DNA from: Octopus sinensis
Lineage: Eukaryota
Length of the DNA stretch: 64,000 bases
Reading direction: 5' to 3'
Assembly: GCF_006345805.1 (NCBI RefSeq)
Contig: NC_042998.1
Coordinates: forward strand, 41,168,001 to 41,232,000
Numbering within the stretch: position 1 is the first letter of the stretch; each line of letters starts with the position of its first letter. The notes under the pieces are model-generated. The model was not told where the DNA came from. It saw only the letters and a list, made by a program, of their open reading frames with translations, and ran no database searches. Made by a program: the position numbers and the translations under genes. Below are positions 12,856-25,445 of this stretch, one piece after another.

Positions 12856-13644
12856 TTTTGGCACTTGAATTTAGTACTCTACGAGAAGAAACAAATTATT
12901 GTCTGATAACAAGGACTATCAATACAGAATGAATAACAGCCAGAAATGGTAGGAGGATTTTACTAACAAGGATATCATACTAAAACAGAAGTGATTATAT
13001 TAAGCAATAAAGTTGAGAAAAATATTTTAAACAAAGCTTCTTTTACTTTGCCAGAACAATTTTTAAAAAGTAAGAAAAGTCCTGTTTCTGTTAACTTGTG
13101 GTATTTCTCTGCCTTTGGATGACATAAAATATCTCTAACTAATTATACCTATCTAATAATCCCTCTACTTCATTTATTGCATCCATGGTTTACAAAGTAT
13201 CTAACATTTGCATAGCTCTGCCTAGTCTCTTAGCTGATATGGTGTCTAATTATTATTGTTAACTCTGTAACATTACCATAGGGTGGATCTTTGGATTCGC
13301 TTGTTACCTGCTTAAGTTTATTAGGCAGGTAAAAACTTAAGTTACTTTGCCAGAATATGAAGGAGGCTTTGCAAGTGAGAGGTATCATCTGTCTCATCCA
13401 GTTGCGTTATATATAGAAGCTGTAAATCTCTTTTTAAACTGACTGCCAAAGTAAAAGAGGCTTTGTTTAATAAGTTTTTCTCAACTTTATTGCTTAATAT
13501 AATCACTTCTGTTTTAGCATGATATCCTTGTTAGTAAGATCCTCCTACCTTTTCTGGCTGTTATTCATTCTGTATTGATAGTCCTTGTTATCAGACAATA
13601 ATTTGTTTCTTCTCGCAGAGTACTAAATTCAAGTGCCAAAAGAG
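12853..13644. repeat. Long inverted repeat IR1: arms 12853-13054 and 13443-13644, spacer about 390 bp
   Basis: Manual alignment of the left arm with the reverse complement of the right arm gives about 10 differences in about 200 bp. Confidence 0.95.
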
Positions 13645-16600
13645 CATTTGCACTACTTTCGATAAGCAATGTTTGTAAGATGACATATAAGATAGTTGCC
13701 TAGCAAGATTAATCTACAAATTTCTCTATCTGCTAAACTTACAACTCAGTCGTATCAAATGTTTGCATTTTTACAATTGACTGCAGTTTCTAAGACTTCC
13801 CTAGCAAAAAAGAAAAACAAAAACTAACACAACAAAGATGACAATTATGATTGCAATTAGATAGTCACAAACTGTCGGTATTAGTTCTAAAGACATCTTT
13901 TGTTGCTTATTTTTATTTTTAAAAGAATTGATATTTGTAGATAGTTTTTTTTTCGTAAGAAAGTTTATTGTTGGTGATGGGATTACATACAGTCAATAAT
14001 AGGTTCTCTTCACATATACACACTTTTGTAGAGTATATAGAACACAACTGTGCTAATCTTAGAAACATTTTTGATGGTGCCTCATATTTTAAAATGCTAA
14101 GTATAAAATCAAAAGAATACTGATAAGAAAAATTAGCAGTATGTATTATACCCTGTTAAATATAGACTGCAGATTATTATTATAGGACTACATTTTTTAG
14201 TTAAACTCAGTTTCTTTTTAAATGTGTAACCCTCTTCTTTTTTAAATTTCTCTTTACATTAGGTAAATTCCTTTAAGAACTGAATTGTTATTTAGAAAAT
14301 TTTAAAAATTGGTGTATTGTATATTTTCTGATAGCAATTGTCTTTCAGTGTACCTGATTAAAATTACAATACAATTGTGTCTGTCCTTTTTTTTTTTTTG
14401 CATGAAATTGTAATTTTGTAGCCAACAGCTATTTAAAGACTGTCTTTTTTCAACTGTGTACTTTTAATTTTAGGGTTGGCTCGGTTCAGTTATATTTATA
14501 CATTTTAAAAGTGATCAAAATCTGAAACTACAAACGACCAGACAAAAAAAACTCTGTAATCTGACAATGTTAAGTAATAAATTACTAATAAAGAATTTTG
14601 GCAAACTGAAAAATTCTAGCTAGGTTATGCAAAGGAGTGGACAATGTTTGGCATTGCTTTCCTTTTGTGCTCATCTAAGAACCAAAGAACTATGGTGATT
14701 CTTAACCAACTAGACATCCAGCATAACACCCTTATCATTATATATGGTAATGGTGTAATAGATCAAAATCCAAGGGAGTGGTTTCTCTTTTGGTGAAAAT
14801 TACATAAAAGTGAGTTTATTTTGGCAGTGATCTGGGAGCTTTGAAAATATGATTCTATATAGCTTCAATTAATTAATAATTATAATAATTGTATGGGTTT
14901 TTTTCTTCTTTTAATTGCATGATAACACGGCATAATATTGAGTGTTTCATCATTTTTCTTTAATATGAAAATTTTTCCACTTAGTAAACTATTGCAGGTG
15001 AAGTAATGTATTTAAATAAGGTTTAGACTTGTGGTTTTGTGGCTACTAATCCATCATTTTAGTCTTGCAATGAGTAAGTTATGCTTTCTCAAATACTCTT
15101 TTATGTTAACATAGGTGGGTTTGTTTGTTTTGTTTTGTCGTCCCCCCCCCCCCGGCAACATTTGCAAACTCTTAAAACTATTGTTTTATGACTGCACTTT
15201 CTATCACTAACTTTTCAACTATGAAGTACATTTTTCAATGAGGTATAGGGCAAGACAAAAATGTCTGATGCATTAAGGTTTGAACTCATGACCATTAAGT
15301 CCGTAGTCAAGCTCCTTAAACTGTGATAAGACTTCCCACTCATTTTCATCTTCATTCTTAGAAATCAATTAAACATTAATGTGTTTGTCTCTCTATTTAA
15401 CTAAAGAAATAATCGCTATACAGTAGTATTTCTTCCCGTATGTGCTGTATAATATTTTTAGGTAAACTGCTTCAAGTTTGGTTTCACATATAGAATTTTT
15501 TAAATCTATTGTTCCATTTCTTTCTTTCTATGAATATGCCTACTTTTGATGCTGTTTATTGTTAAGATTATAGAATCAACACCAAACATTAGTGACCTTA
15601 TTTCAAGACAGTAAGTTTTTCTTTCTGCTGCATATGTAATAAGATTCCATAGCTGTTATGTCATTGTTTTCAAACATAGTTAATGATTTTTAATTCATAT
15701 TGGTAAAACACAGTTTATGTATGGCTTATTACACTTCAAATTTCTTTGTTTAAATATATTCAACTATTGATCAGTTAAAGCAAAGAAATATTTAAAAAAA
15801 CAAATCAACCATATATGCCTTAAATGTTTTGCTAAGATTTAACACCTCCCCACCACCAAAAGAAATTATAACTAACTGCATACGTTTGCAATAAAAGTTA
15901 TTCATCAAAGTAGACATAACAGTATAGTAAATAGTTTATTTTACTACCATATGGTTTTGAGTTTGTTCTCCATGGTCAGCTTCAGGAGTGACTGATGCTC
16001 TGCAAGGGAAATTAGCAAATGGAAACTGTACAGAAGCCTGTTTCATGTATGTTATCCCATTTGTTTCCTAACATTGTTTACATGCTTTAGCATAAAATAA
16101 TGTCACTATTTCATCAGTGGTATCATTGTTTAATGCTGGCCATTGAGCAGTCAATGGAATAAATACCTTACTTGGAAACAAGTACAGGATAGCAACAGGA
16201 AGGGCCTCTGGCCATAGCATACTGTCTCAACAAGTCTTCATCAGCTCATACTTGTATAGAAAAGAGATGGATATCAAAATGATAATAATGACGATGTTCA
16301 AAACCATACTTTTAATGACAATGTATTGAACTAAGCTTACAAGTACTTAGAGCCTGTAAGGCCTACAATTCATAGCCTTAATTAGTGGTTTGTAAATATG
16401 CAAGGTTTTTCATCTTTTGACATCATTTAATTAATTTAGAATAATCCACTCCCTTCAACAATTACAGGCTATGAATAGAATGATTGCCAATTAAAGCAGA
16501 CCTTTTGTGTGTGATAATTCTTAATTAAATTTAGTCGTCAGCCTTCACATTCTCTTGAATTTTTATTATTAATATATATGGTACAAATTGCTCTATTTCT

Positions 16601-17099
16601 CTCGTGTTTTCCCCTCACTTAATCATATTTGTGCACATATAATAGATTATTTACTAGCAATTTTAATATTTGCCTTTTATATAATATATAAAAGATTGGT
16701 TATTCATTTTCAAATTCTTTGAAATTGCATGATTTTTATATTTATTTGGAAAGGAAAATTAGATTTGCTCCACATGATACTTTGAACTTTGGCACCATCC
16801 TTTTTAGCAGCACTATCATTATTACCATTGCCATCAGCATCTTCATCATAATTTATTACATATTTTATTTCAAATAGCATGTTTATGGCAGGTCCTGCTG
16901 GCAATAAGCTATCATGTTATCAGATGCTTAACCTGTAGCAGTATAGCTTAATGTGTACTAGTATATGTATAATTTGACTCTTTTACAGTTGTATGTATTT
17001 CAAAATGCTAAATTGCAGAATATGGAGAAAATGAGTAAGAAATAGTTTTTTAAAAAAAAGTGGGTATTAAATATGCTTATGTCTAGTGTATGTTGTTGT

Positions 17100-17633
17100 G
17101 TGGTTAACTTCCCAAACCACATGATTTGGGGCTCAATCCCACTGTGTACCTTGGGCAAGTACCTTGTCCTATAGCTCCATGTTGACTAAAGCTTTGTGAA
17201 TGGATTTTGTGGAAGGAAACTGAAAGAAGCTTGTTGTATATGTATACCTGTTTATGTATCATTGTCTTGATTTCATGCATCACCATCATACAAACAATGT
17301 CCTTTGCTTCCAATCTTCCTTTAAATCTTGTCCAGTTGTGGAGAAATATTGCCTTACTTGAAAATAGTTTAGGGTTGGCGACAGGAAAGGCATCCAACCA
17401 TAGAGAATCTCTTCAAGGGAATTCCACTTGGCTTATACAATCATGAGGTGTAACAACAGCAGTGGTGTGACAATAACAGAGAAATTTTATTTCTCAACCA
17501 CATAATTTGAAGTTCAATCTCACTGCATGGTACTATGGACAAGTGTCTTCTACTACAGCTCTGGCAAACTAAAGCCTTGTCAATGGATTTCAAAGACAGA
17601 AACTGAAAGAAATTCACTATGAGTGTCTATATA

Positions 17634-17665
<32 letters not shown>

Positions 17666-18200
17666 GATAGAGAGAAAGAGAGAGAGAGAGAAAGAGTGAG
17701 AGAACATAGCTGTATAGTTTACTGTAGAGGTAGTGCTCAGATCCTGCTGTTAAAGTTACAGTTTTCTTATGTCTTCATCCATATTATTGTGTGTGAATGA
17801 GTGAATTTCTATTTCTCTTTCATTTGCTAGTTTGTAAATGATGGCTTTCTGATGATGCCATTCGCTTACAGCCAGCCACAAAAGTGTGTCTGGACTTCTT
17901 GCCATGTCATGTGATACTTATATTGTATTATTTGTTTCCAATGCAAAATAAGTCCAGGTTCTTTGTTAGACTGAGATTATTACCCCACGTGGGAACAAGT
18001 GGAGGTTTGGTAACAAGAAGGATATCTGGGCATACATTGATAGCTTTATAAATGTGTGTGTGTGTGTATACACACACACAATAGGCTTTCATGCAGTTTC
18101 TATCTACCAGTTCCACTCACAAGGCATTGACTGGTCTGAAGGTATAACAGAAGACACTCAAGATGCCACTGCATTGCATCATAAACAGTTTTCTTCTCTG
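17100..18200. mobile_element. Cluster of decayed family A SINEs (about 17100-17445 +, 17460-17625 +, 18040-18200 -)
   Basis: Each contains the head motif ccacatg...caatcccactg...ttgggcaagt...ctatagc...gccttgtgaatggattt...aaactgaaagaa or its reverse complement. Confidence 0.75.
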
Positions 18201-19230
18201 AACCTGAAGCCACATCATTTTGAGGCAGACTTTGCAACCTTTTCTTGTAAACAGCTTTAAAACGAACATCCCCTTGTAAAATTGCATCTTTGATTTTATA
18301 ACTTTCCAATCCACAGTCTTTCTGTTTATACTCAGTTTCTTATATTTATGTAAGGAATTACTTTAAATCTTTCTGATTATATCTATTATTTATACATGGA
18401 CATGAAATTGCATAGTTTTTAGCTATTTGTGAAATAATGTATCCTAACAATTGTAGTACTTCAAACAATAGTAATGAAATAATTAATTGAAAAATCTACT
18501 TAATAATAAAGATAATGTACAGCAACAGTGAATTTACTTTCTAGCCTTTTGAAATACCAACTAAAATTATATGCCTATGAAATAATCTCTTAAGTTCTTA
18601 TGAATTTTGGAAGCATTACAAATTTCTTATTACAGTATTCTTTGTTGCTTTATTTACTCAGAGGTAAAAGACAATAATTGCTGTCTGTAAGTTTTAAATT
18701 TATAAGTACGTGGTCAGTAGACTAATGCTTTGACTACAGCTATTGTATCTCATTGGCCATTTTCTCTTAAGAAGGTTCATGTCTTGTAAGTTTACTTTAT
18801 GCACATTTCTTTTATTCATATTTTTCTTTTCTGACATTCAGTGCTACATGTGAAGGTCAATAAAATTACTGCTTCTTCTCAAATAATATTTTACTCACTT
18901 CCTGACGTTTCAGATATGTCAATCTTCGGCTCTAATTATTTTTTTAACTCTATATATTTTATTCATAAAATTGAGGTGCTAGTCTGTACTAACCATTCTG
19001 TTGTTATTCAGTTCTGTCAACTTTTTTCGGTTGTAATTCATTTCTTACAATAGAAACTAAATGAATCAAATATGTTCTGTATCATATTTACTGAAGGTTA
19101 AAAGGTCACTTCTAGGAACTTCTTTTCTATGACCTGTCTTGGACTTCAATTTCTGCACTTCCATGTTATGCATAAATTTGCCTAAGTCCTAATCTGTCTG
19201 GCCATATAATACACAGATGTTGTATTGGCT

Positions 19231-19284
19231 ATGGACTTTTTACAAAATGCAGAATGTGAAGATGAATGTCTTGGAAGTCTTAAA
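19231..19284 (+). CDS. Candidate alternative first coding exon MDFLQNAECEDECLGSLK (phase 0 donor)
   Basis: ATG at 19231 with an in-frame upstream TAA (19207-19209); 18 open codons; donor AAA|GTAAGC. Phase matches the acceptor at 20598. No homology evidence. Confidence 0.4.
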
Positions 19285-20033
19285 GTAAGCTATTTTTTGT
19301 GCTTGATTTTATTCGTTCTATTATTTTAATATTCTCTTTATTCTCAAGAGTCACATTTCTCTATTTTATATTTCTGTTTAAACAATCTGAATGCAAGATG
19401 TCGCTAAAGTTTTTAGTTCATCCAAAATTTCATATTTAATTTCTTTTTTCCTTTTCTTTTTTTCTTCTTTTTTATATATCTCAGTTACCTACACTTTACT
19501 GCCAATCACATTAACTAAGAAAATCAAATATTTAAAACTCAGTCCTTACTAAATATAACTCATAACTAGTCAGTTAAACTCTACAATTTACGATATACAT
19601 TTCAATAGGAAAAACCTTGCACTAACAGACACATAATTTTATGCAAACATTTGTTTTTTTTTTAGTTGTTTTTATCTACTTCTGTGTTACTGGTATGAAC
19701 ATTTCGTTTTTCTATATGCACTTAACTATAAGCTGGGTTTCATTGTATTCTATATAAAATGAAATTGTAATCAACAAGTTTGTAAGGTTTTTCACATTTG
19801 AGAACATGGAAACTCATTTCAGTTATACCATATTGTGCTAGATTCTTTGCTGAGTTTACTGAATGGATTCTAAGCTTTGTGTATATTCATTCTTTTATTT
19901 CTATGTTAATTAAGGACTGCAACATTTTTGTTTGCATTGCTTGGTTATCATCACCAGTACTTATAATTTTGTATCCTTCAGTAATAATATACCAAGACTG
20001 TTCACAGAGCTCCCTAATAATTTCTATAGAATT

Positions 20034-20170
20034 TAACACTTTAGCATTTAAACCAACCACATCTACATGTTCTATGTTCAAACTGACCAAATTTGGCCTC
20101 TCACACTTGCCATACAATATCATTGTAAAAATATACTATCATTGTAGTGAGATAATGTATGATTAATTCA
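20034..20170. mobile_element. Older decayed copy of the piggyBac-type MITE
   Basis: ttaacactttagcatttaaacc...tatgttcaaact...tctcacac...ataatgtatgattaattcaaa matches 8083-8250. Confidence 0.7.
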
Positions 20171-20597
20171 AACCAATAAACATTATGCTTGACAAAATAT
20201 GTATCAACTAATTTTATGTATTTAAGCTTACTAATTAATTTTAGTGTTTAATTTTCAAATTATATTAATCCATCTGCTGTTAAACTACTGAACAAAAAAT
20301 ATTATTCACCTCCACCTCCCTTTTCTTTTAATCTATGCTGTCCATAGATAGGATTGAATTTTGTAAATTTTGAATGCTTCTGTAATGTTAGAATATTTGA
20401 TACTAATTGTATGCTATCCACACTATCAATCTTGTTAGGTATGACTAGGACCTGATTTATAGCCAGAAATTATAAAACAAAGGGAGGTGTTTTTTATTAT
20501 CCCTTCACCTTATTGTAAGATCATGTCCACAGGTGCTCATCACTTTAGCTTCTCAATTATTTTGATCATATACTTATTTTTGTTTTTAAATTTTCAG

Positions 20598-20753
20598 CTC
20601 CAGTTAGATAACATCAAAGCTAATGCAGAGACAAGGAAAGCAAATTTATCCATGACTGTTCCCCTTTGGTTCCAATTTCGACGTCGAGTTGAAGAATTTC
20701 ACATTGCTCTAGATGGATTAGAACTTGTTTTAAAAGAAACTACTCAAAGAGAT
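20598..20753 (+). CDS. Internal coding exon (phase 0-0, 52 aa): LQLDNIKANAETRKANLSMTVPLWFQFRRRVEEFHIALDGLELVLKETTQRD, spectrin helix C into helix A of the next repeat
   Basis: Acceptor tttttaaattttcAG and donor GAT|GTAAGT; 156 nt. The other frames stop within 4 codons. W..F....EEF...L...E..L is the spectrin-repeat helix A pattern. Continues the 1390-1521 peptide without a gap. Confidence 0.88.
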
Positions 20754-22305
20754 GTAAGTACTTATAAAGGTGACTTGTTTGACTTTTATCAAATGACTGA
20801 TTACACCTTAAAGAATATTTATACTTTTTGCACTATTAAGTTATTTTATACATACTTTAAAAAAAAACCTAATTGATTTTATATCTCATAAAATTCTTAG
20901 TAGGTTTCACCTCTAAAGGAGAACAATATTGGGTGTTGTTATTATTTCAAATTTCAGATATTATGGTTGTTTTACTTTTAATACAATTTTATTTATTTTG
21001 CCTACATCATTGACAACTTTTTTTTATTTTCAGAGAAGTTCTCTTGCTATTTAACTGACAAATGGGTTCTTAATAGATATTTCTTTTATGCTTTCAATAT
21101 TATTGAGTTAATTAAAATGTCTGTGCCTTTCTTCCATCCAAAAAAAAAAAAAATGTAGTCTTGTATCATCATTAAAAATTCATATTTGTAATATTTCTCT
21201 ATTGTTTTACTTTTGAGAAATATGTTGTTGTTGTATCTCTAGGTTAGTCTTGATCATATGGGCTTGTGGTTAAAAAAATTCCAACAATGACAATCCATCT
21301 TTTGTTTATCTATGAATACTTTAGCCAATAGTCCTTTTAAAAATGTCAGGTATGATCTGAGGAAAATTTGGCTGCTCTTTGTAGCATGATAAACAACAGA
21401 GAAGTGTGTGTGTACAAGTTCACATATGTTAGAGAGCAAAGTTCATTTTAAAACCTGATGAGTAGTATTATCTGATCTGTTTAATGTATCAGTATTGGAC
21501 ACTGTCAACTCAAATTCTAGACAGAATAGGAAAAGAAGCTCAATGATGCAGCTCAAACAGTGCCAGATGAAAGCTACAGGATTTGATTCCTATAAGTAGA
21601 CACCTTTAATTTTTTTTTTTTTTTCATTTATCTAATATCAATTGTATTAAGATTTTAAGAGTTAGGCACATTGCTTAAAATATCTCATTTTCTCTATTAC
21701 AAATTGAGTATTTACACTGGTTTATCTATTGTGATGTCACTTTTATTGTATTTTCTGTTCTCGATGATCTACATTAATACACGCTTTTAATTTTGTACCA
21801 TTGATTTCAACTTCCCTACTAAAACTGATTATACTTATGTAAGATCTTTTATTTGAATGCACAATTCCAATATGTAGTGTGTGGTTGAAAAATTTTCTAT
21901 ACAATTGCATAACTGTTAAATCAATTACAATATGAAGATAAAATTTAGAAAATAGCTTAGAATATTATCATTCAAGTAATATTTTATTGAGAAACAAATT
22001 GTGAAGAAATTTGTTTGAATTTTTCCTCTTTCATGAAATCAAACCTTTTTCTTGTGGTCAAAATGTTTTTTAGTGTTAAGAATGTGCCTGAAAGTTATGT
22101 ATTTGAAAGAATGTGCAGAATATCATTAAATTTTTTTCTACTGTAGGTTTTTATTTGGTGACATGAAGTGTGTATCTTTATCTCATGTGACAAAGGCAAA
22201 ATTTCAGCCTGTCTGTCAATCATGACAGTATTGCCTCCTCACCTTATATCACTTTTCTTCCATTAAAATTCTGTATGTCAACAGATTTGATCATTCACTC
22301 TGTCA

Positions 22306-22527
22306 CAATGATTCTCAACCACTTTTTTTTTTTACTTCTGGACCTCTTTGATTCCTTTTTATTTGGGTTGATGCTTAAAAAATCCTATTATACTTTATAA
22401 TTAAATATTGTTAGGAGTTGTATAAAAAAATTATCAAAATGTGTTGTGTATTATAGAAGTACAACCAATTTACTGTGCATACATTTTAATAACAAAATCT
22501 TATATGGGTCTCAGCTGAGAACCTCTG
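22306..22527. mobile_element. Decayed hAT (Charlie-like) MITE
   Basis: Termini CAATGATTCTCAACC...AGCTGAGAACCTCTG resemble a CAGTGGTTCTCAACC-type TIR. 8-bp flanks CTCTGTCA and CTCTAACA (6/8 match). Confidence 0.65.
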
Positions 22528-23814
22528 CTCTAACAGTTCCTTCTAAATTCCTTGTAAGGTTTGCACTACCTAAAGTTTGTTCCCCATCAGTTTATTGTAG
22601 ATCTAATCACTTAGTTATATTGATGAATGCAGTGTAGGCATCAAGTTTGCAACTATTAGAACTTTTAAAGAGTATTACTTTGCTTTGAACATTGTCATAC
22701 AAGTACTTCTACATATTTACTTTTACTGTATTGTCCATTAAAGCTAGATTTGTTATATGTCATGCTTCAAGAAACACTTTTCACATCTTACCATTACTAA
22801 TAGTGTATGAAAAATGCCAGACACACTTCAGTAATATTAGCAGTGATTAGTAAATTATTTCAATTCAAAAAAAAAAAAAAAATTTCATGAATTTTCCTTA
22901 CATTAACAGACAAATGTATATGAGTAATTTGTTCGGAATTTTCCATTTAATTTAGTTATTCAGTTTCTATTATTGGTACTATCTGTTATTCGATTAGAGC
23001 TATTTATATCTCATTACCTATTTCAAACTCCATACAAATCTTGCTAGCTTTCAGTTCAGACATATGTAATTTGTTTATCTTCAATATTCTCTGAGTTACT
23101 CTTCATTCTTTATTGGTGTTTGCGCAAGTCTTTATTTTTACTGCATATGTCCTTTTACTGTTCACTTAATTTACTTGTCAATTATTACACAAAGGCATTG
23201 ACTAGCTAAATACAAATCTCAGTTATGATTTGGGATTGAACCTGCTCCTAATTAGATTATCTTATTTATTATTTTGTGCTTTTTTTTTATGAAGATTTTA
23301 TTAGTTTCTCGAATTAAGAAAGTTGTGACTAAATAGCTGTCTGGCTTAGAATGATCTATTATTGGATTCATTAAATTGTTACTGTTAGATCACTTCTTTT
23401 GTTCTGTAATCACAAATGTTAATTGCTTGAAATTGCTCACAAATTTTTTTTAAAGTTCAGTTGGCTTCTCCTGTAATAAGACAGGAATTATGTTATTTTC
23501 AGATAAATTTCAAAAAGCTACCAATTACACTGGTAGTCATTGTCTACTTCTATGATATTCATCTATTGTAGGTAGAAAAGTTACTTCTTTTTACAAAATT
23601 AGCTTCTAAAGTGTGTGAGTGTATGTATGTGTGTGTGTATCAATGCTGTCATAGGAGATCTGAAGTTTTTGCTGATATGAACTGAATAGGAGCTCAGAAC
23701 ACTGATATATTTAAGTAATTATTTACTGAATTACCAGTAGAGGTGGAAAATTTCACTTTGAAAATCTTGTAAGTTCGGAAAGAACTTAATGTTGAACATA
23801 TATATATATATATT

Positions 23815-24205
23815 CAGGCATACCATAGCCATGTGGATACAGGATTCACTTTATAACCATGTATTGGCACCTTGCGCAAGTGTCTTTTGTTGTAACTGAC
23901 CCATAACTTGTGAGTGACATTGATAGACAGAAACTATATGGAAGCTTATTTGTGTGTGTGTACCTATGCACATACATATGTATACATATGCATAAATGTT
24001 TGCTTTCCACATGTCTTTGTGTAGCACTATCTCAGAGACAATGGTATCTGTTTACATCTGTAAAAAGCTCATCCTGTAACTTTGATTTTGCCATTATAAG
24101 ACCACTGGAATATAAATACATTACATGGAAATAGGTAGAGTTTGGCAATAAGAAGGACATCTGGTCATAGAATACTACCTTAATGAGTCTTATTTAACTA
24201 TCATA
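23815..24205 (+). mobile_element. Decayed family A SINE whose RTE-type tail stops at the IR2 left arm
   Basis: Head at 23815-23950, body at 23990-24130, tail ttggcaataagaaggacatctggtcatagaa...taactatcat ending at about 24204. Confidence 0.7.
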
Positions 24206-24659
24206 AATGTAGTCTTTGTAAACCAGTACTGATAATACTAAAGACATGAGGCCACTACCAGAGATTAGATATTACTAAGTATTTGCAGCAACTTTGTTTT
24301 AGCAATGTATTATTCACTTGATGTGGTGTATAGCGCAAAACTATTTCTTTGATATTTAAACATGTTCTAGTATTGTAAAAGGACTAGGCTGTCATGTCTC
24401 CATTCTCTTTGGTTTAGAAAATATGAAAATACTATGGATATTGTCCCCTTCTTGTAGCTGAATCTTCCAGAAATATTCTTCTGACATAAACATCATAAAT
24501 GCGAGCAAAAGTATAATCCTAAGTAGAGGCAAATTCTTTAAATTTCTATTGATACTACTTCAATATAAAAAAGCATGCATAAAACTTATGTTGTTCGTGA
24601 TATGGATTGATATATTTATGTAGGTAAATGGAAATTCATATACTAAACCACCTTCTGGT

Positions 24660-24840
24660 AACAAAGTGGCAGAATCAGTAGCATGCTGGACAAATTGCTT
24701 AGTGACATTTCTTCTAGCTTTACATTCTGAGTTCAAATACTGTTGAGGTCAACTTTGCTTTTCATTCATTTGGGGTCAATAAAATAAGTGCCAGTTGAGC
24801 ACTGGGGTTGATATAATCAACTAGCCCCCTCTCCTAAAGT
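24660..24840 (+). mobile_element. Family B SINE (decayed)
   Basis: gtggcagaatcagtagc...gagttcaaatac...ttcattcatttggggtcaataaaataagtgccagttgagcactgggg matches 10472-10673. Further copies at about 33290-33485, 57560-57690 and 62440-62620. Confidence 0.8.
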
Positions 24841-25149
24841 TGAAAGAAAATAGATATACTAAACCACCGCAGCGCATTACTGTCAGTACTTTTAGACAGA
24901 CATTAATGTAGTCTTTTTAACAATTAATTAGCTGATACAAAAAAATGTGCTGGCATTCACAGTCACATAGTTTGGGGTTCAGCCCCACTTTATGGCATCT
25001 TTGATAAGTGTCTTCTACTAATAACCTCAAACTGATTAACCCTTTACCATTAACATTACTCTGTATTGTATAATTTGTCACACATTGGCTTGCATGTATG
25101 TAACTCAGTTACATATGCATACACAGACATACACACTACTGAAAATGTG

Positions 25150-25445
25150 TTGACATGACTGTGTAGTTAAGATGTTCACTTCGCAATTACATGGTCTCAA
25201 GTTTTATTCCAGTGCATAGCATCTTGGGCAGTTGACTTCTTTTATAGCCTCAGGCTGACTTAATGCCTTGTGAGTGCACCCAGTACACTCTGTAAAGTGT
25301 TTGGTGTTAAGAAGGGCATCTAGCCATAGAAACCATGTCAAACCAGACATGTGGAGCCTGATGCAGCTCTCCAGTTTGCTAGCTCCTGTCAAAACATCCA
25401 ACTTATAGTAGCATGGAAATGGACATTACATGATGATGATGATGC
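25150..25445 (+). mobile_element. Family A head joined to RTE-type tail (decayed SINE)
   Basis: Head gactgtgtagttaagatgttcacttcgcaattacatgg; tail gttaagaagggcatctagccatagaaacc...agcatggaaatggacattacatgatgatgatgat. Confidence 0.75.

Noticed and set aside
15063-15073. 11-nt segment between ttttAG and GTAAGT (possible poison microexon)
   Set aside because: Frameshifting, with no support beyond short motifs expected by chance.
20678-20687. Perfect palindrome TCGACGTCGA with three CpGs in the exon
   Set aside because: No loop or extension; explained by the FRRR codons.
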